DNA from: an uncultured Gemmatimonadales bacterium | GTDB lineage: Bacteria > Gemmatimonadota > Gemmatimonadetes > Gemmatimonadales > Gemmatimonadaceae | DNA length: 64,000 nt | NCBI GenBank assembly: GCA_963850905.1 | Contig: CAWKMU010000003.1 | Span: forward strand, 736,001 to 800,000 | Direction of reading: 5' to 3' | Shown here: piece after piece, positions 27,452 to 38,025 of the stretch | Layout: each line of letters begins with the position of its first letter | Numbering within the stretch: the first letter of the stretch is position 1 | Notes under the pieces: generated by a model | Database searches by the model: none | The model's input: the letters and a program-made list of their open reading frames with translations, nothing else | Told to the model about the DNA's origin: nothing | Translations under genes and position numbers: made by a program

Positions 27452-28426
27452 GTGTCTGACCGAGGCCTCGCGCCCGCTGTCGTTACCGTCGCCGCCCTGG
27501 GAGCGGCGGTCGGGGCTCGTGCGGCCGCGAAACGGGCGTTCGAGGCCCGGGTGCTGGCACGGCTCCCCGTCGGGCCGGACGGGGTGATCCGGGGAGCGGA
27601 GGCCATCGATCTGCCATCGCCGCTCGCCGCTTCGCCCGCGGCCTTGCTGCTCCACGGATTTGGCGATACACCCCAAACGCTCACGTATCTCGCCGCCAGC
27701 CTGCATCAACGCGGGTGGTCGGTCCGTGCACCGCTGCTGCCGGGCCACGGGCGCACCATTGAGGCGTGGGCGCGGACGAGCGCGGACGACTGGTTGGGGG
27801 GTGCGCGGCAAGAATTCGCGGCGCTCCGCCGGACGCACAGCGTCGTCGCCCTGGTCGGTCTGTCCATGGGTGCCGCCCTGGCCGCCCTGCTGGCGGCCGA
27901 GACGCCGCCCGGGCGGGCCAGCGGCACCGGGGGCGCGAGCGCCGACCAGGGGTCCACCTGCTGCCTCGCGCTGCTCGCCCCTTACCTTGCTCTCCCAGGA
28001 TGGGTTCGATTAGCCGCCGCCGGATACCCGCTCGTGGGTGCGTTGATGCCGTACCTCAGCGCGGGCGGGGGGTTTTCGATCCTCGACCCCGCCGAGCGAG
28101 CACGCAGCCTGGCGTACGGCGCCACGACTCCTCGGCTCATTCACGAACTCGGGAAGATCGCGCACGCCGCGTGGACTGCGCTCCCCGCGATCAGCCTTCC
28201 GACACTGCTCGTGCAATCACACGCTGACAACCGCACCACGCCCTTGGTCGCCGAGCGCGCCATGCAACGCCTCGGAGCCACGGAGAAACGACTGGTGTGG
28301 ATCGACGACGGGGGACACGTGATCACCGTCGATCACGGACACGCCGCAGTCTCTACGTGCGTGGGCGAATGGTTGGACGAGCACCTCCCCTCGACAGCGC
28401 GAGCCCGCACGGCGCGGCCAGCGTGA
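27452..28426 (+). CDS. Alpha/beta-hydrolase (carboxylesterase-like)
   Basis: [17 protein letters not shown], nucleophile GLSMGA, D and GGHVITVD. Start uncertain. Confidence 0.88.
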   Translation: MSDRGLAPAVVTVAALGAAVGARAAAKRAFEARVLARLPVGPDGVIRGAEAIDLPSPLAASPAALLLHGFGDTPQTLTYLAASLHQRGWSVRAPLLPGHGRTIEAWARTSADDWLGGARQEFAALRRTHSVVALVGLSMGAALAALLAAETPPGRASGTGGASADQGSTCCLALLAPYLALPGWVRLAAAGYPLVGALMPYLSAGGGFSILDPAERARSLAYGATTPRLIHELGKIAHAAWTALPAISLPTLLVQSHADNRTTPLVAERAMQRLGATEKRLVWIDDGGHVITVDHGHAAVSTCVGEWLDEHLPSTARARTARPA

Positions 28427-28447
28427 CTCAGTGAGCTAACCACCAAC

Positions 28448-29576
28448 GTGACCATACAGATCGGAATTCTGACGGAGACCACGCACCGCGAACGGCGAGT
28501 TGCCCTGGTCCCCGATGGCGTGCGCACGCTCGTGCGCGCCGGATGCGCCGTCCGCGTGCAACGCGGCGCTGGACGCGCCGCGTACGTCACCGACGAGGCT
28601 TACGCGGACGCCGGTGCGACGCTGTTGGACGACGCCGCGCAGGTGCTGCAGGACGTGGACGTCCTCGCCAAAGTGCAACCGCCGACGGCGCAGGAAATCG
28701 GCGCGCTCCATAGCGGCGCCGTCATCGTGTCGTTGCTCGCGAACACCCCGGTTGCCGACCTCGGTTCCGCGCTCACGCAGAGCGGCATCACCCTGTTGGC
28801 GCTGGAACGCGTGCCGCGCATCACGCGCGCCCAATCAATGGACGTGCTGTCGTCGCAGAGTACCGTCGCGGGATACAAAGCGGTCCTGCTCACCGCCGCC
28901 GAGCTGCCGCGCCTCTTCCCCATGCTCACCACCGCCGCCGGCTCGCTCGCGCCGGCCAAGGTCTTCGTCCTGGGCGCCGGCGTCGCAGGACTGCAGGCCA
29001 TCGCGACCGCCCGCCGCCTGGGCGCAGTCGTGAGTGCGTTCGACGTGCGCGCGGTCGCGCGCGAACAAGTCCAGAGTCTGGGCGCCACCTTCGTCGCGGC
29101 GGATGCCCTGAGCCAGGACGGAGAAGGCGCGGGCGGCTATGCTCGCGAGCAAACCGCCGATCAGCAACGCCGCACGGCCGACGCGATCGCGCGCCACGTG
29201 GCCGACATGGATGCCGTCATCACGACGGCGCAGGTCCCCGGCCGGCCGGCACCGCGACTCCTGACGGCCGACATGGTCAAGCGCATGCGACCAGGGTCCG
29301 TCATCGTCGACCTGGCGTCCGAAACCGGCGGCAATTGCGAGCTCACGCGCCCAGGCGAGACCGTCGAAGTCGGCGGCGTGCGGATCATCGGGCCCATCAA
29401 CCTGGCCAGCACGGTGCCGTTTCATGCCAGCCAGAATGTTCAGCCGCAACGTCGTCACGCTGCTGCGCCACCTGATCACCGATGGGGCCCTGAAAATCGA
29501 TCCGACCGACGAGATTGTGAGCGCGATGCTCGTCGGCGCGCCAGGTGTAAGCCCTCAACCCTCGGCCGCTCAGTAG
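28448..29576 (+). CDS. pntA: NAD(P) transhydrogenase alpha subunit, NAD-binding part; apparent +1 indel near 29435
   Basis: ERRVALVP, VPRITRAQSMDVLSSQ, GAGVAGLQAIATA and VDLASETGGNC; the corrected frame gives ASQMFSRNV...DEIV and a stop at 29574-29576. Confidence 0.9.
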
Positions 29577-29602
29577 ACCCACCGACCGCAGGAGGATATG
29601 GC

Positions 29603-29992
29603 ATGTCGAGTATGAGTCTCGTGCAGCTGACCATCACGATGACCGAGCTGTCGGTCTTCGTGTTGGCTGGCTTCCTGGGCTACCAGATCGTGACCAAGGT
29701 CCCGCCCCTCGTGCATACGCCGCTCCTGTCGGCCACCAACGCGATCTGCGGCATCTCGATCGTCGGCGCCCTGGTGGAAGCGGGCGCGCATCAGACGATG
29801 ATCAGCACCATCCTCGGCGTCCTCGCGGTCACCGCCGCGATGATCAACATCGTTGGCGGGTTCCTCATGACCGACCGGATGCTGAACATGTTCCGGCCGA
29901 AGCAGAAGACGCCGCCGGCCGCGCCAGCCGCCGCATCCGGCCTCTCGCCCGACGCCGTCGCCGGCAACGGGCGCGCACCCGGAGCCGACTGA
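29603..29992 (+). CDS. pntA: NAD(P) transhydrogenase alpha subunit, membrane part
   Basis: GGAGG Shine-Dalgarno; FVLAGFLGY..V.KVPPLVHTPLLSATNAI and NIVGGF.MTDRML.MF. Confidence 0.9.
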   Translation: MSSMSLVQLTITMTELSVFVLAGFLGYQIVTKVPPLVHTPLLSATNAICGISIVGALVEAGAHQTMISTILGVLAVTAAMINIVGGFLMTDRMLNMFRPKQKTPPAAPAAASGLSPDAVAGNGRAPGAD

Positions 29993-29995
29993 ACA

Positions 29996-31380
29996 ATGCT
30001 ACGCACGGTCTTCATCGAGTCGACGTACCTCGCCGCGTCCATCCTGTTCATCCTAGGCATGCGCAGTATGACGCGCGCCGAAGGCGCGCGTCGCGGCATG
30101 CAGCAGGCCATGGTCGGGATGTTGTTGGCGATCATCGGCACCCTGTTCAACCACAACATCATCGATTTCCGCTGGATCGCCGTCGGGCTGATCGCCGGCG
30201 CCGTGCTCGGGTATCCGCTGGGCGCGATGGTGCAGATGACCGCCATCCCGCAGGCGATTGCGGTATCACACATGTTCGGCGCGATTGCCGCGACGTTGGT
30301 CGGCGTCGCCGAGTACTACAATGCCGCCGGCCATGTGTCCTCCGGCATCATGACTGGCACTCGGATTCGAGACACTGCTCGGGTCGCTCACCGTCACCGG
30401 CAGCTTCATGGCGTTCGGCAAGCTGCAGGGCATCGTCATTGATCGGCCATTCACGTTCAGGGGACAGAATGCGCTGAACCTGTCGCTGTTTGCCGTGACG
30501 CTCGCGATCTTCGGCTACCTGGTCGTGACGCCCACGCATCCGCCACTCTTCTACGCGATGCTCGGGTTGTCGCTGCTGATCGGCGTCTCCATGGTGCTTC
30601 CGATCGGCGGCGCGGACATGCCGGTGGTGATCTCCCTGCTCAATTCGTACGCGGGCCTCGCGTCCGCCGCGACCGGATTCGCCATCGGCAACAACGTCTT
30701 GATCATCGCCGGCGCGCTCGGCGGCGCCTCGGGCTTCCTCCTGTCCATCCTGATGAGCAAGGCGATGAATCGGTCGTTCGCCAACGTCCTGTTCGGCGCG
30801 TTCGGCACGCCCGCAGTCGGCATCGGCGACCAAGACGGCGACCGGCCTCACCGTCCACCCGATTAGTGCGGAGGACGCCGCGATGCGACTCGCTTACGCC
30901 GGCGAAGTCATCATCGTTCCGGGCTACGGCATGGCCGTCGCCCAATCCCAGCACCAGGTGCGCGAGCTCGCGGAGCAGATCGAAAAGCGCGGCGGCACGG
31001 TGAAGTACGCGATTCACCCCGTCGCCGGTCGCATGCCGGGACACATGAACGTTTTGTTGGCCGAAGCGAATGTGCCCTACGAGCGCCTGTACGACATGGA
31101 GGAGATCAACGCGGAGTTCGATCACGCCGATGTCGCACTCGTCATCGGCGCCAATGACGTCGTCAATCCCGCAGCGCGGACTGACCGCGCGAGCCCGATC
31201 TACGGCATGCCAATCCTCAACGCTGATCACGCCAAGAGCATCATCGTCCTCAAGCGCGGCATGAACCCCGGCTTCGCTGGAATCGAGAACGAGTTGTTCT
31301 ACGATCAGAAAACCAGCATGCTGTTTGGCGATGCGAAGGCGAGTTTGACGAAGCTCGTCGCGGAAGTGAAGAACGTCTGA
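29996..31380 (+). CDS. pntB: NAD(P) transhydrogenase beta subunit; two apparent indels (~30353, ~30817)
   Basis: Segments in three frames: VQMTAIPQ; GSFMAFGKLQG, PIGGADMPVVISLLNSY, AMNRS; VPGYGMAVAQ, IHPVAGRMPGHMNVLLAEA, GANDVVNP. Confidence 0.9.
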
Positions 31381-31385
31381 CGTAC

Positions 31386-31514
31386 GGGGTTGGGGGGTTG
31401 GGGTTTAGGGTAACGCAATAACACCGAGGGCCAGCGACGGTGATCCGTCGGTGGCCCTCGGTTCTTTTGCAGTTACCCCAAACCCCAAACCCTAAACCCC
31501 AGACCCGCAGTTCA
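31386..31514. repeat. Heptamer-armed hairpin element between convergent genes
   Basis: GGGGTTG/GGGGTTT arm, CCGAGGGCCA..TGGCCCTCGG hairpin and CCCCAAA arm; ends in CCCGCAGTTCA. Confidence 0.8.
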
Positions 31515-32168
31515 GGGCATTCCCCCAGGTCCGGTGCTTCCACCACCACTTGGCCCTCCACCACCTGGCTTCGGCGCATTCCCCGGGCGCGGCGGCTGCG
31601 GTGCGGCAGCAGGCCGCGGCGGTTGCGGCGGCGCGGCTGGGCGCGGTGCCGGCGGCGGCGCTGCGGGACGCGGTGCCGGCGGAGCAGACGTGGGACGCGG
31701 TGCCGGCGGAGCAGATGTGGGACGCGGCGGCGGCGCGGCTGGCTTTGGCATGACCGGACTGCCGGACGTCGAAGGCGCTGCACTCGGTTGATGATGCGTG
31801 ATGCGGTCCATCATGCCGCCTGCCATCTCGCCGAGCTTGTGCATCTCGTTGCGGACGTCGCCCGCCATTGTCGACGCGCGCGTCGTCATCAATGGTGCAC
31901 TCTTCGGCGCAGCGGCCTTGGGCGCTGCTTTGCGCTTCGGTGCGGCTTTGCGCTTCGGTGCAGCTTTGCGCTTCGGTGCAGCTTTGCGCTTGGCCGCTGG
32001 CCGACGCTTCTTCGCTGTTGCCTTGCGCGCCGCTGAGCGCTTTGCTCCGCGCTTTGCGCCACGCTTCGCACCGCGCTTCGCTGGGCGCTTCCGCGCCCCC
32101 TTCTTCGCAGATCCACGACGTGCCGCGGACCGTTTGGTCTTACGGGACGATTTGCGCTTGGTCGCCAT
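31512..32168 (-). CDS. Histone H1-like basic protein with a Pro-rich C-terminus
   Basis: (AKRG)x3 and (KRKAAP)x4 repeats, then (PAPRP..APP)n. Confidence 0.8.
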   Translation of the reverse strand: MATKRKSSRKTKRSAARRGSAKKGARKRPAKRGAKRGAKRGAKRSAARKATAKKRRPAAKRKAAPKRKAAPKRKAAPKRKAAPKAAAPKSAPLMTTRASTMAGDVRNEMHKLGEMAGGMMDRITHHQPSAAPSTSGSPVMPKPAAPPPRPTSAPPAPRPTSAPPAPRPAAPPPAPRPAAPPQPPRPAAAPQPPRPGNAPKPGGGGPSGGGSTGPGGMP

Positions 32169-32506
32169 GAGTGAAGCTCCCGGAGGGTGGGAAGAACAGC
32201 GGGCTCGACATCCAAGATCCGCATAACACTGCAATTGGGCAAGGAGATGAGCTGTCTGATATCGCTGCACGTGCGCATTGTTGCACATCAGTTGGGCGTG
32301 TTTGTCCGCTCTCGATGTGAGTCACGGGGGCTGCCGCCGCCCCCGCGCCCTGACGGTCACCCGCGCACGTGAGCTAGTTTCTATCTGCACCCGGCTCGCA
32401 GCTGCGCGTTCGCGGCCCGTGTTGCCGTTCCCGTGACCCCTGATCCCTGACCCCGGCCCCGCCGTTCGTCCCCACCCCCCAATCCCAACCCCAACCCTTG
32501 TCGTCC

Positions 32507-34801
32507 ATGCACATCCGCCCGTCTTGGGCCGGCGCTGCCGGTCTGGCCGTCAGCCTCGCCCTGGGACTTCGTGCTCCCGCCCAAGCCCCCCAGTCGCCCA
32601 CAACGGGCCAGCCCGGAGTCGGGTACACGCCCGCGGACGCCGCGGCAGAAGCCTCGGAAGAGGCGCGCGCGATCACCATCCCGTCGCCCGCCCAGGCCGA
32701 CAGCTTCTCGCACTTTCTCTCCTACGAGCCGCACATGGCGGGCACGCCGGGCCAGGCTCGCACCCGCGACTTTGTCATCGCCCAGCTCAAGAAGTGGGGA
32801 CTCGAGACCGAGGTCCGCGCGTACGACGTCTACATGCCGCAACCCAAGGCGATCCATGTCTGGCGCCTGAATCCGGGCGGTGACTCCACCGAGCTGACGT
32901 TGTCCGAAGGACCGGTCCCCGGCGATTCCACGTCGAGTGCATTTCCCCAGGTGCCGGCCTTCAACGCCTACAGCGCCAGCGGCAACGCGAGCGGCGAGGT
33001 CGTCTACGTCAACTACGGACTGATCGAGGACTATGCCCACCTCGACTCGGTGGGCGTCTCCGTGAAGGGCAAGATCGTGGTGGCGCGGTACGGCCGCTCC
33101 TTCCGCGGGATCAAGGCTCGTGAGGCGGAGCGCCACGGCGCGGCGGCGTTGCTGATCTATAGCGACCCCGCCGACGATGGCTTCACGCGCGGCGATGTGT
33201 ATCCCGAGGGACCGATGCGCCCCGCGCAAGGCGTCCAGCGCGGCAGCATCATGAATCAGGACGGGGACCCCAGTACCCCGGGATACCCCAGCACAGCGGG
33301 CGCACGTCGCGTGGAGCCGTCGGACATGGCCGTGCCCCACATCCCGGTCGTGCCGATCGGCTATCACAACGCCGCGCTGTTGCTCGCCGACGTGCGTGGC
33401 ACGGGTTCGAGCGCGTCGCCCATCGCTTCCACCCGGGTCGCTCCGCTCCCCCAGAGTTGGCAGGGCGGCTTGCCGTTCCGCTATCACATCGGGGCCGGCC
33501 CGACGCGGGCACGTGTCTCCGTCGAGATGCAGTCGGGCCAGGAGGCTTACCACACGATCTGGGACACGTTCGGCATCCTGCGCGGGACCGAATTCCCCGA
33601 CGAGATCGTCATGGTCGGCGGCCACCGCGACGCCTGGGGACCCGGCGCCTCCGACAATGTGAGCGGGACGGTCAGCGTGCTCGAAGCGGCGCGGGCCCTG
33701 GCCGACGAGGCCCGCGCGGGTCATCGCCCGAAACGCACGGTCATCTTTGCGACGTGGGACGCCGAAGAGTGGGGTCTGGTCGGATCGACAGAGTACGTCG
33801 AGGATGACTCCCTGCGATTGACGCGTGACGCGATCGCGTACCTCAACCTCGATGTGTCCGCGGCTGGCCCCAACTTCGGGGCCGGCGGCTCCCCGTCACT
33901 GCGCGCGGTCATGCGCGATGTCACGCGCACGGTGCCCCTGCCCGAGACCGGGGCGGCGCCGCGCAGCGTGTTCGACGGGTGGCGTTCGAGTGCCAGCACC
34001 GCGGACAGCCTCGGCCCGAAGTTCGGGGATCCCGGCGGTGGGTCCGACTTCGCTGGCTTCGCCAACCACCTCGGCATTCCGATTCTGGAGTACGGCTTCG
34101 GCGGCGCCGGTGGCGTCTACCACTCGGCGTATGATGATTATGCCTGGGAATCCCGATTCGGCGACCCCGGGTTCGTCCATCACGCGACGGCCGCGCGGAT
34201 CGGTGCAGCCCTGTTGCTGCGTTTGGCGAACGCCGACGTCGTACCCTTCGACTACGTCGAGTACGCACGCACGATGCGCCGCTACGTCACGGGTCTCGAT
34301 GAGTCCATCAAGGCCAAGGGATGGTCGGCCTCGACCGCGCCGCTCACCGCCGCGATCAATGGGATGGAGCACGCCGCGGCGGCATTCGCGCTCGCGCGTG
34401 ACAGCGCGCTCGGCACGTCCGGGCCGCACGCGCTCTCGACGACCGTGGGATCCGCGACGAGCGGACACCCCGCGCCGCCCAATGTCCTTCCGATCGGCCG
34501 CAGCACCCCGCCGTCGAGCGCAACGTTGCGTGCCACAAATCAGGCGCTGATCCGCGTGGAGCGCGCGCTCACCAGGCCGGCCGGACTACGGACCCGCCCC
34601 TGGTTCCGGAGCCTGATCTACGCCGCCGACGAAGACAACGGCTACGCCAATATCGCGCTACCCTCGGTGGCCGAGGCCATTCGCGCTGGCGACGCCGCCC
34701 TGACGGGCCGCGAAATCACCGATCTCGCGAGCCGATTCGACGCGGCCGCCGCCGCACTCAAGGACGCCACAACCGCTTTGCACCAGGGCGCTTCGCGGTA
34801 G
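32507..34801 (+). CDS. M28 peptidase (glutamate carboxypeptidase II-like; PA and TFR-dimerisation domains)
   Basis: PHMAGT, VYVNYG..EDY, YSDPADDG, GHRDAW..GASDN.SG, WDAEEWGLVGSTE and YHSAYD. Confidence 0.92.
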   Translation: MHIRPSWAGAAGLAVSLALGLRAPAQAPQSPTTGQPGVGYTPADAAAEASEEARAITIPSPAQADSFSHFLSYEPHMAGTPGQARTRDFVIAQLKKWGLETEVRAYDVYMPQPKAIHVWRLNPGGDSTELTLSEGPVPGDSTSSAFPQVPAFNAYSASGNASGEVVYVNYGLIEDYAHLDSVGVSVKGKIVVARYGRSFRGIKAREAERHGAAALLIYSDPADDGFTRGDVYPEGPMRPAQGVQRGSIMNQDGDPSTPGYPSTAGARRVEPSDMAVPHIPVVPIGYHNAALLLADVRGTGSSASPIASTRVAPLPQSWQGGLPFRYHIGAGPTRARVSVEMQSGQEAYHTIWDTFGILRGTEFPDEIVMVGGHRDAWGPGASDNVSGTVSVLEAARALADEARAGHRPKRTVIFATWDAEEWGLVGSTEYVEDDSLRLTRDAIAYLNLDVSAAGPNFGAGGSPSLRAVMRDVTRTVPLPETGAAPRSVFDGWRSSASTADSLGPKFGDPGGGSDFAGFANHLGIPILEYGFGGAGGVYHSAYDDYAWESRFGDPGFVHHATAARIGAALLLRLANADVVPFDYVEYARTMRRYVTGLDESIKAKGWSASTAPLTAAINGMEHAAAAFALARDSALGTSGPHALSTTVGSATSGHPAPPNVLPIGRSTPPSSATLRATNQALIRVERALTRPAGLRTRPWFRSLIYAADEDNGYANIALPSVAEAIRAGDAALTGREITDLASRFDAAAAALKDATTALHQGASR

Positions 34802-34925
34802 AGAGGAGATAGGAGAAAGGAGAAAGGAGACCGCCAGTGTCGTGGTCTCCTTTCTCCTTTCTCCTTTCTACGGGCGCACAGCGCCCGTCGTCGTCTCCTT
34901 TCTCCTCTCGCCTCTCCCCTCTCTA
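34798..34925. repeat. (AGGAGAA)n / (TTCTCCT)n armed elements with a GGGCGC hairpin
   Basis: Inverted purine/pyrimidine heptamer arrays between convergent genes. Confidence 0.75.
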
Positions 34926-35911
34926 CGAGCACCGTCAGGTGCGAGTTCGTCCGCGAGCACCATCGCGTTGCGCGGGTCGTCGTCGCCCACGTCGAGCTCG
35001 ACCGACACCGGCACGTCCTGCTCCACGACCGGAGTCGGCGAGCGGGGCGGTTCGAGTGCGATAACGGCCGCTCGAGCTTGCGAGACGGGGACGCCCGCAA
35101 TGGCGCCGCTGCACACGCAGCCGAGTCGCGGGGCGAGGTCGAGGAGCACCGGCGCAGCCATGATCAGATACTGAGCGAGCTCGGCCGCGTATTCGATCTC
35201 CCGAACCTCCACGACGGAACGCGGGATGAGCGCGGCGGGAATCGAGGCGTTCGCCGAGGCAGACGCGCTGGCCGCTGGTTCCGCCTTCTGGAGAATGCCG
35301 TCGATCGGCAGGCCGCCCGGGAGGGAGTGACAGCGCCGACGATCGGGCGCCAGGATGGAGTTGAAGACGAGTGGCTCTTGCGCGGGGACGATGCCCCTGG
35401 CGGTAAGGGCGGCAAAAAACTCCTCCGGCCGAATCTGGCGGTCGATCGCGCCGCCGGCTGATGCCGAGGGACACGCACCGACATACGTGATGTCGAGCGG
35501 AGCATCTCCGTACAGTCCACGGAGATACCGCGCAGTCGCGACCGGCGGCGAGACGTACGACACCAGGAATGGCAGGAGATCCGGGCCGGGCCCGAGCAGA
35601 CGATCGCGAACGCGCCGACACGAACAAAAAATCGCGCTTGGCAGCGTGCGCGTCGCCAGCTTGCGCGCGCACGCTTCGGCAATGAGCTCATCGCCCCACG
35701 TCGCCGGCACCGCGGCGACGTAGCCCGCCGCACGGCACGCGTGTGCCACCTGCACGGGCGTCGCCGGGCGCGCAGCAAGAAACGCATCCGCGCCAATGAT
35801 GATGAACGGCGTTGGTGCGTCGTGATGCGGGCCGGGGCCCGGAGGGCTCGTGTCGGTCGGCGACGTCAAACGCAAAGCCGGTGGAGGGACGACGGATGCG
35901 TCGCCCGCCAT
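34868..35911 (-). CDS. Stand-alone degenerate [FeFe]-hydrogenase/Nar1-like Fe-S domain protein (paralogue of 73-2067)
   Basis: GADAFLAARPATP, WGDELI, FCSC, SPPVATARYLR, ITYVGACP, SLPGG and DLAPRLGCVCSG. The C-terminus runs into repeat DNA. Confidence 0.7.
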   Translation of the reverse strand: MAGDASVVPPPALRLTSPTDTSPPGPGPHHDAPTPFIIIGADAFLAARPATPVQVAHACRAAGYVAAVPATWGDELIAEACARKLATRTLPSAIFCSCRRVRDRLLGPGPDLLPFLVSYVSPPVATARYLRGLYGDAPLDITYVGACPSASAGGAIDRQIRPEEFFAALTARGIVPAQEPLVFNSILAPDRRRCHSLPGGLPIDGILQKAEPAASASASANASIPAALIPRSVVEVREIEYAAELAQYLIMAAPVLLDLAPRLGCVCSGAIAGVPVSQARAAVIALEPPRSPTPVVEQDVPVSVELDVGDDDPRNAMVLADELAPDGARREGRGERRKETTTGAVRP

Positions 35912-36172
35912 GATGGTTCGGCGATCCCGGCTGGTGCAGCCCGTGCCGCGTTCGGGACCGACGGGTTGTGAACCATGGAAGCCCGGCTGACGATTCGTGT
36001 GCGCCCCGACAGGCCGGGAGAGAACCCGACCCGAAGCACACGACGGAAGACCAAACACCACACTGCGATATCGTCAAAGCAAGCTGCCTCATCAGGCGAT
36101 GTCCAGCGGGCCCGGACATTGCGGATGATGCCTGCTCGGCCATTGGAAGGAATGACACGTCAAAGTGACTGA

Positions 36173-36928
36173 GTGTCTCAGCACTTGACGTCTTGCGCGG
36201 GGGAAACCGCCATGTACGAGACGGCGTGCTTGTCGCACGACACGTTGGACGCCATCGCGAAGTATGCCGCGCGAGCGACCTGGCCGACCGGATTCAACGT
36301 GTACCAGCGGGGTGCGCCGGCTGACGGCGTGTTTGTCGTAGTCGACGGTCGCATCGTCCTGCGGAGTCGCGTGAAAGCTGGCCGCGGCTACATCCCGACG
36401 ATCGTGGTCCCCGGCGCGACGTTTGGTGGCGAGGGGTTGGCGGCCGCGAAACCGCCGCCGGCACGCTACGTCACCGAAGCGCGCTCCGATGCCGAAACCG
36501 AGACGCTGCACTTGAGCGCCGTGCAGTACCGCGCGTTCGTCCGCGAGCAGCCATCATTCGCGCTCGCGCTCACCGCGCAGATCATGGCGGAACACGCGAC
36601 GTTGCTCGAGAAACTGCGCGAGCTCGCGACGCTGAGCGTCGAGCAACGCCTGGTCGTGACACTCGCACGCATGGCTCGCCAGCACACGTTCGTCGACGCC
36701 ACTGGCCAGGTGGTGCTCGATGCGGCGCACTATCGCGTGTTGTGTGAGCTCGTCGGCGCGACGCGCGAATCCGTCTCCCTCGTGTTGAACCGATTCATCG
36801 CCAGTGGCGCCGCGGAACGCATCGACGGCCGCGTCTTCGTGCGTCCTGGCGCGATCGCGGCATCGACGGACCTCGGCTGGGCCGACGGTGGAGCGATCGC
36901 TCCGGCTCTGGCGGCTGTTCGGGAGTAA
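36173..36928 (+). CDS. Crp/Fnr-family transcriptional regulator
   Basis: VYQRGAPADGVFVVVDG and FGGEGL cNMP fold, LSVEQRL, HTH LVGATRESVSLVL. Confidence 0.88.
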   Translation: MSQHLTSCAGETAMYETACLSHDTLDAIAKYAARATWPTGFNVYQRGAPADGVFVVVDGRIVLRSRVKAGRGYIPTIVVPGATFGGEGLAAAKPPPARYVTEARSDAETETLHLSAVQYRAFVREQPSFALALTAQIMAEHATLLEKLRELATLSVEQRLVVTLARMARQHTFVDATGQVVLDAAHYRVLCELVGATRESVSLVLNRFIASGAAERIDGRVFVRPGAIAASTDLGWADGGAIAPALAAVRE

Positions 36929-36932
36929 GAGA

Positions 36933-37117
36933 GGACCAGGGATCAGGGGTCGGGGGTCGGGGTCGGGGTCGGGGGTCAGGGAACACACAGAAACGCCGAT
37001 CACGGTGCACAGTGACCAGCCTTGGACCGGTAGGGGCGACGCATTGCGTCGCCCGTTGTTGTCGTTGCGGTTGTCGTCCCAGACCCCAAACCCCAGACCC
37101 CAGACCCCGCCGTTTCA
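36933..37117. repeat. Composite element with GTAG-REP (37030)
   Basis: GGGGTC arm, hairpin, REP, GTT tail and CCCAGAC arm; ends in CCCCGCCGTTTCA, which contains the Smr stop. Confidence 0.85.
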
Positions 37118-37870
37118 GCCCTCGTACTCCTCCAACGCCCGCACGAGCACCGCGCGCAACGCGGACTCGCGCTCGTCGTCGCCCGGGACGGTCGCCGCGA
37201 GAATCTTGAACTGGCGCATCATCTCTTCGCCGATGAACGCGTCCGACGGCGTCCGCACACCGACCGACACGAGTGCGGCGATCGCCAGGCGGCGAAGGAG
37301 CGCGCGGATCTCGGCATCGAGTCCGCTCAATGCCCGCGGATCGCTGACCGGAGTCGGGGCGGACGGGCGGCGGCGGCGTGGAGCATCGACGAGGGCTTGC
37401 AGTGGCGCCAATCGGACGACGAACGCGCCCTCCCCATGCTCGCGCGCATCGATGATCACCCCTGCACGACGCAGCGTCGGCAACAGGCGGACGATGGCCT
37501 CGCGCACGACCGGCACTCCGTCCAAGCTCCCACGCCCGCGACCGGTGATCACCAGCACCTCGCCAGCCTTCGCCGCCTGCCGTTCACGTAGCCATGCGTC
37601 GACGCGCCGCACGGCATCGGCGCCCGTTGGCAGGGAGGCGTGAAGATCCAGGATCCGGTCGCGGCCGTATCGCGCTTCGTCGAGCGCAAACACCGGCGTC
37701 TCGGCACGAGTCGACCGTCCCAACGCACGCGGCCCCTTCCGCGCCCCCGGCAACGCCCCGGACACCCGCTGCCCAGTCTCGTCGCTGCCTCGGATCGATC
37801 CGCCCGGACTCGCACCACGTGGCGACGCGCCACGACCGCGCTTGCGCGGGCGATTACCTCGACGGGGCAT
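37115..37870 (-). CDS. Smr/MutS2-domain protein
   Basis: LDLH..LP, VLVITGRGRGS..G.PVVR and GEGAFVVRL. Confidence 0.8.
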   Translation of the reverse strand: MPRRGNRPRKRGRGASPRGASPGGSIRGSDETGQRVSGALPGARKGPRALGRSTRAETPVFALDEARYGRDRILDLHASLPTGADAVRRVDAWLRERQAAKAGEVLVITGRGRGSLDGVPVVREAIVRLLPTLRRAGVIIDAREHGEGAFVVRLAPLQALVDAPRRRRPSAPTPVSDPRALSGLDAEIRALLRRLAIAALVSVGVRTPSDAFIGEEMMRQFKILAATVPGDDERESALRAVLVRALEEYEG

Positions 37871-37879
37871 GGGGAAAGG

Positions 37880-38007
37880 CTAGACGTTAGACGCTGGACG
37901 CTGGACGCTGGACGCTGGAGAACATACCTCGACGACCAACCTAGGCGCATCCAGCTGGCCCCTGGGGTTTGTTTTCGAGCGTCCAGCGTCTAGCGTCTAA
38001 CCTCTAA
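37880..38007. repeat. (CTGGACG/CTAGACG)n-armed element
   Basis: Six heptamers on the left and inverted CGTCCAG/CGTCTAG units on the right; the same heptamer occurs at ~24245 and ~47606. Confidence 0.8.
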
Positions 38008-38025
38008 GTCCTGTGGGTCACCCAA

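Noticed and set aside
28448..29992. Single fused PntA as in E. coli
   Set aside because: The conserved SQMFSRN..DEIV sequence continues in another frame to a stop at 29576, and the membrane part has its own GGAGG Shine-Dalgarno.
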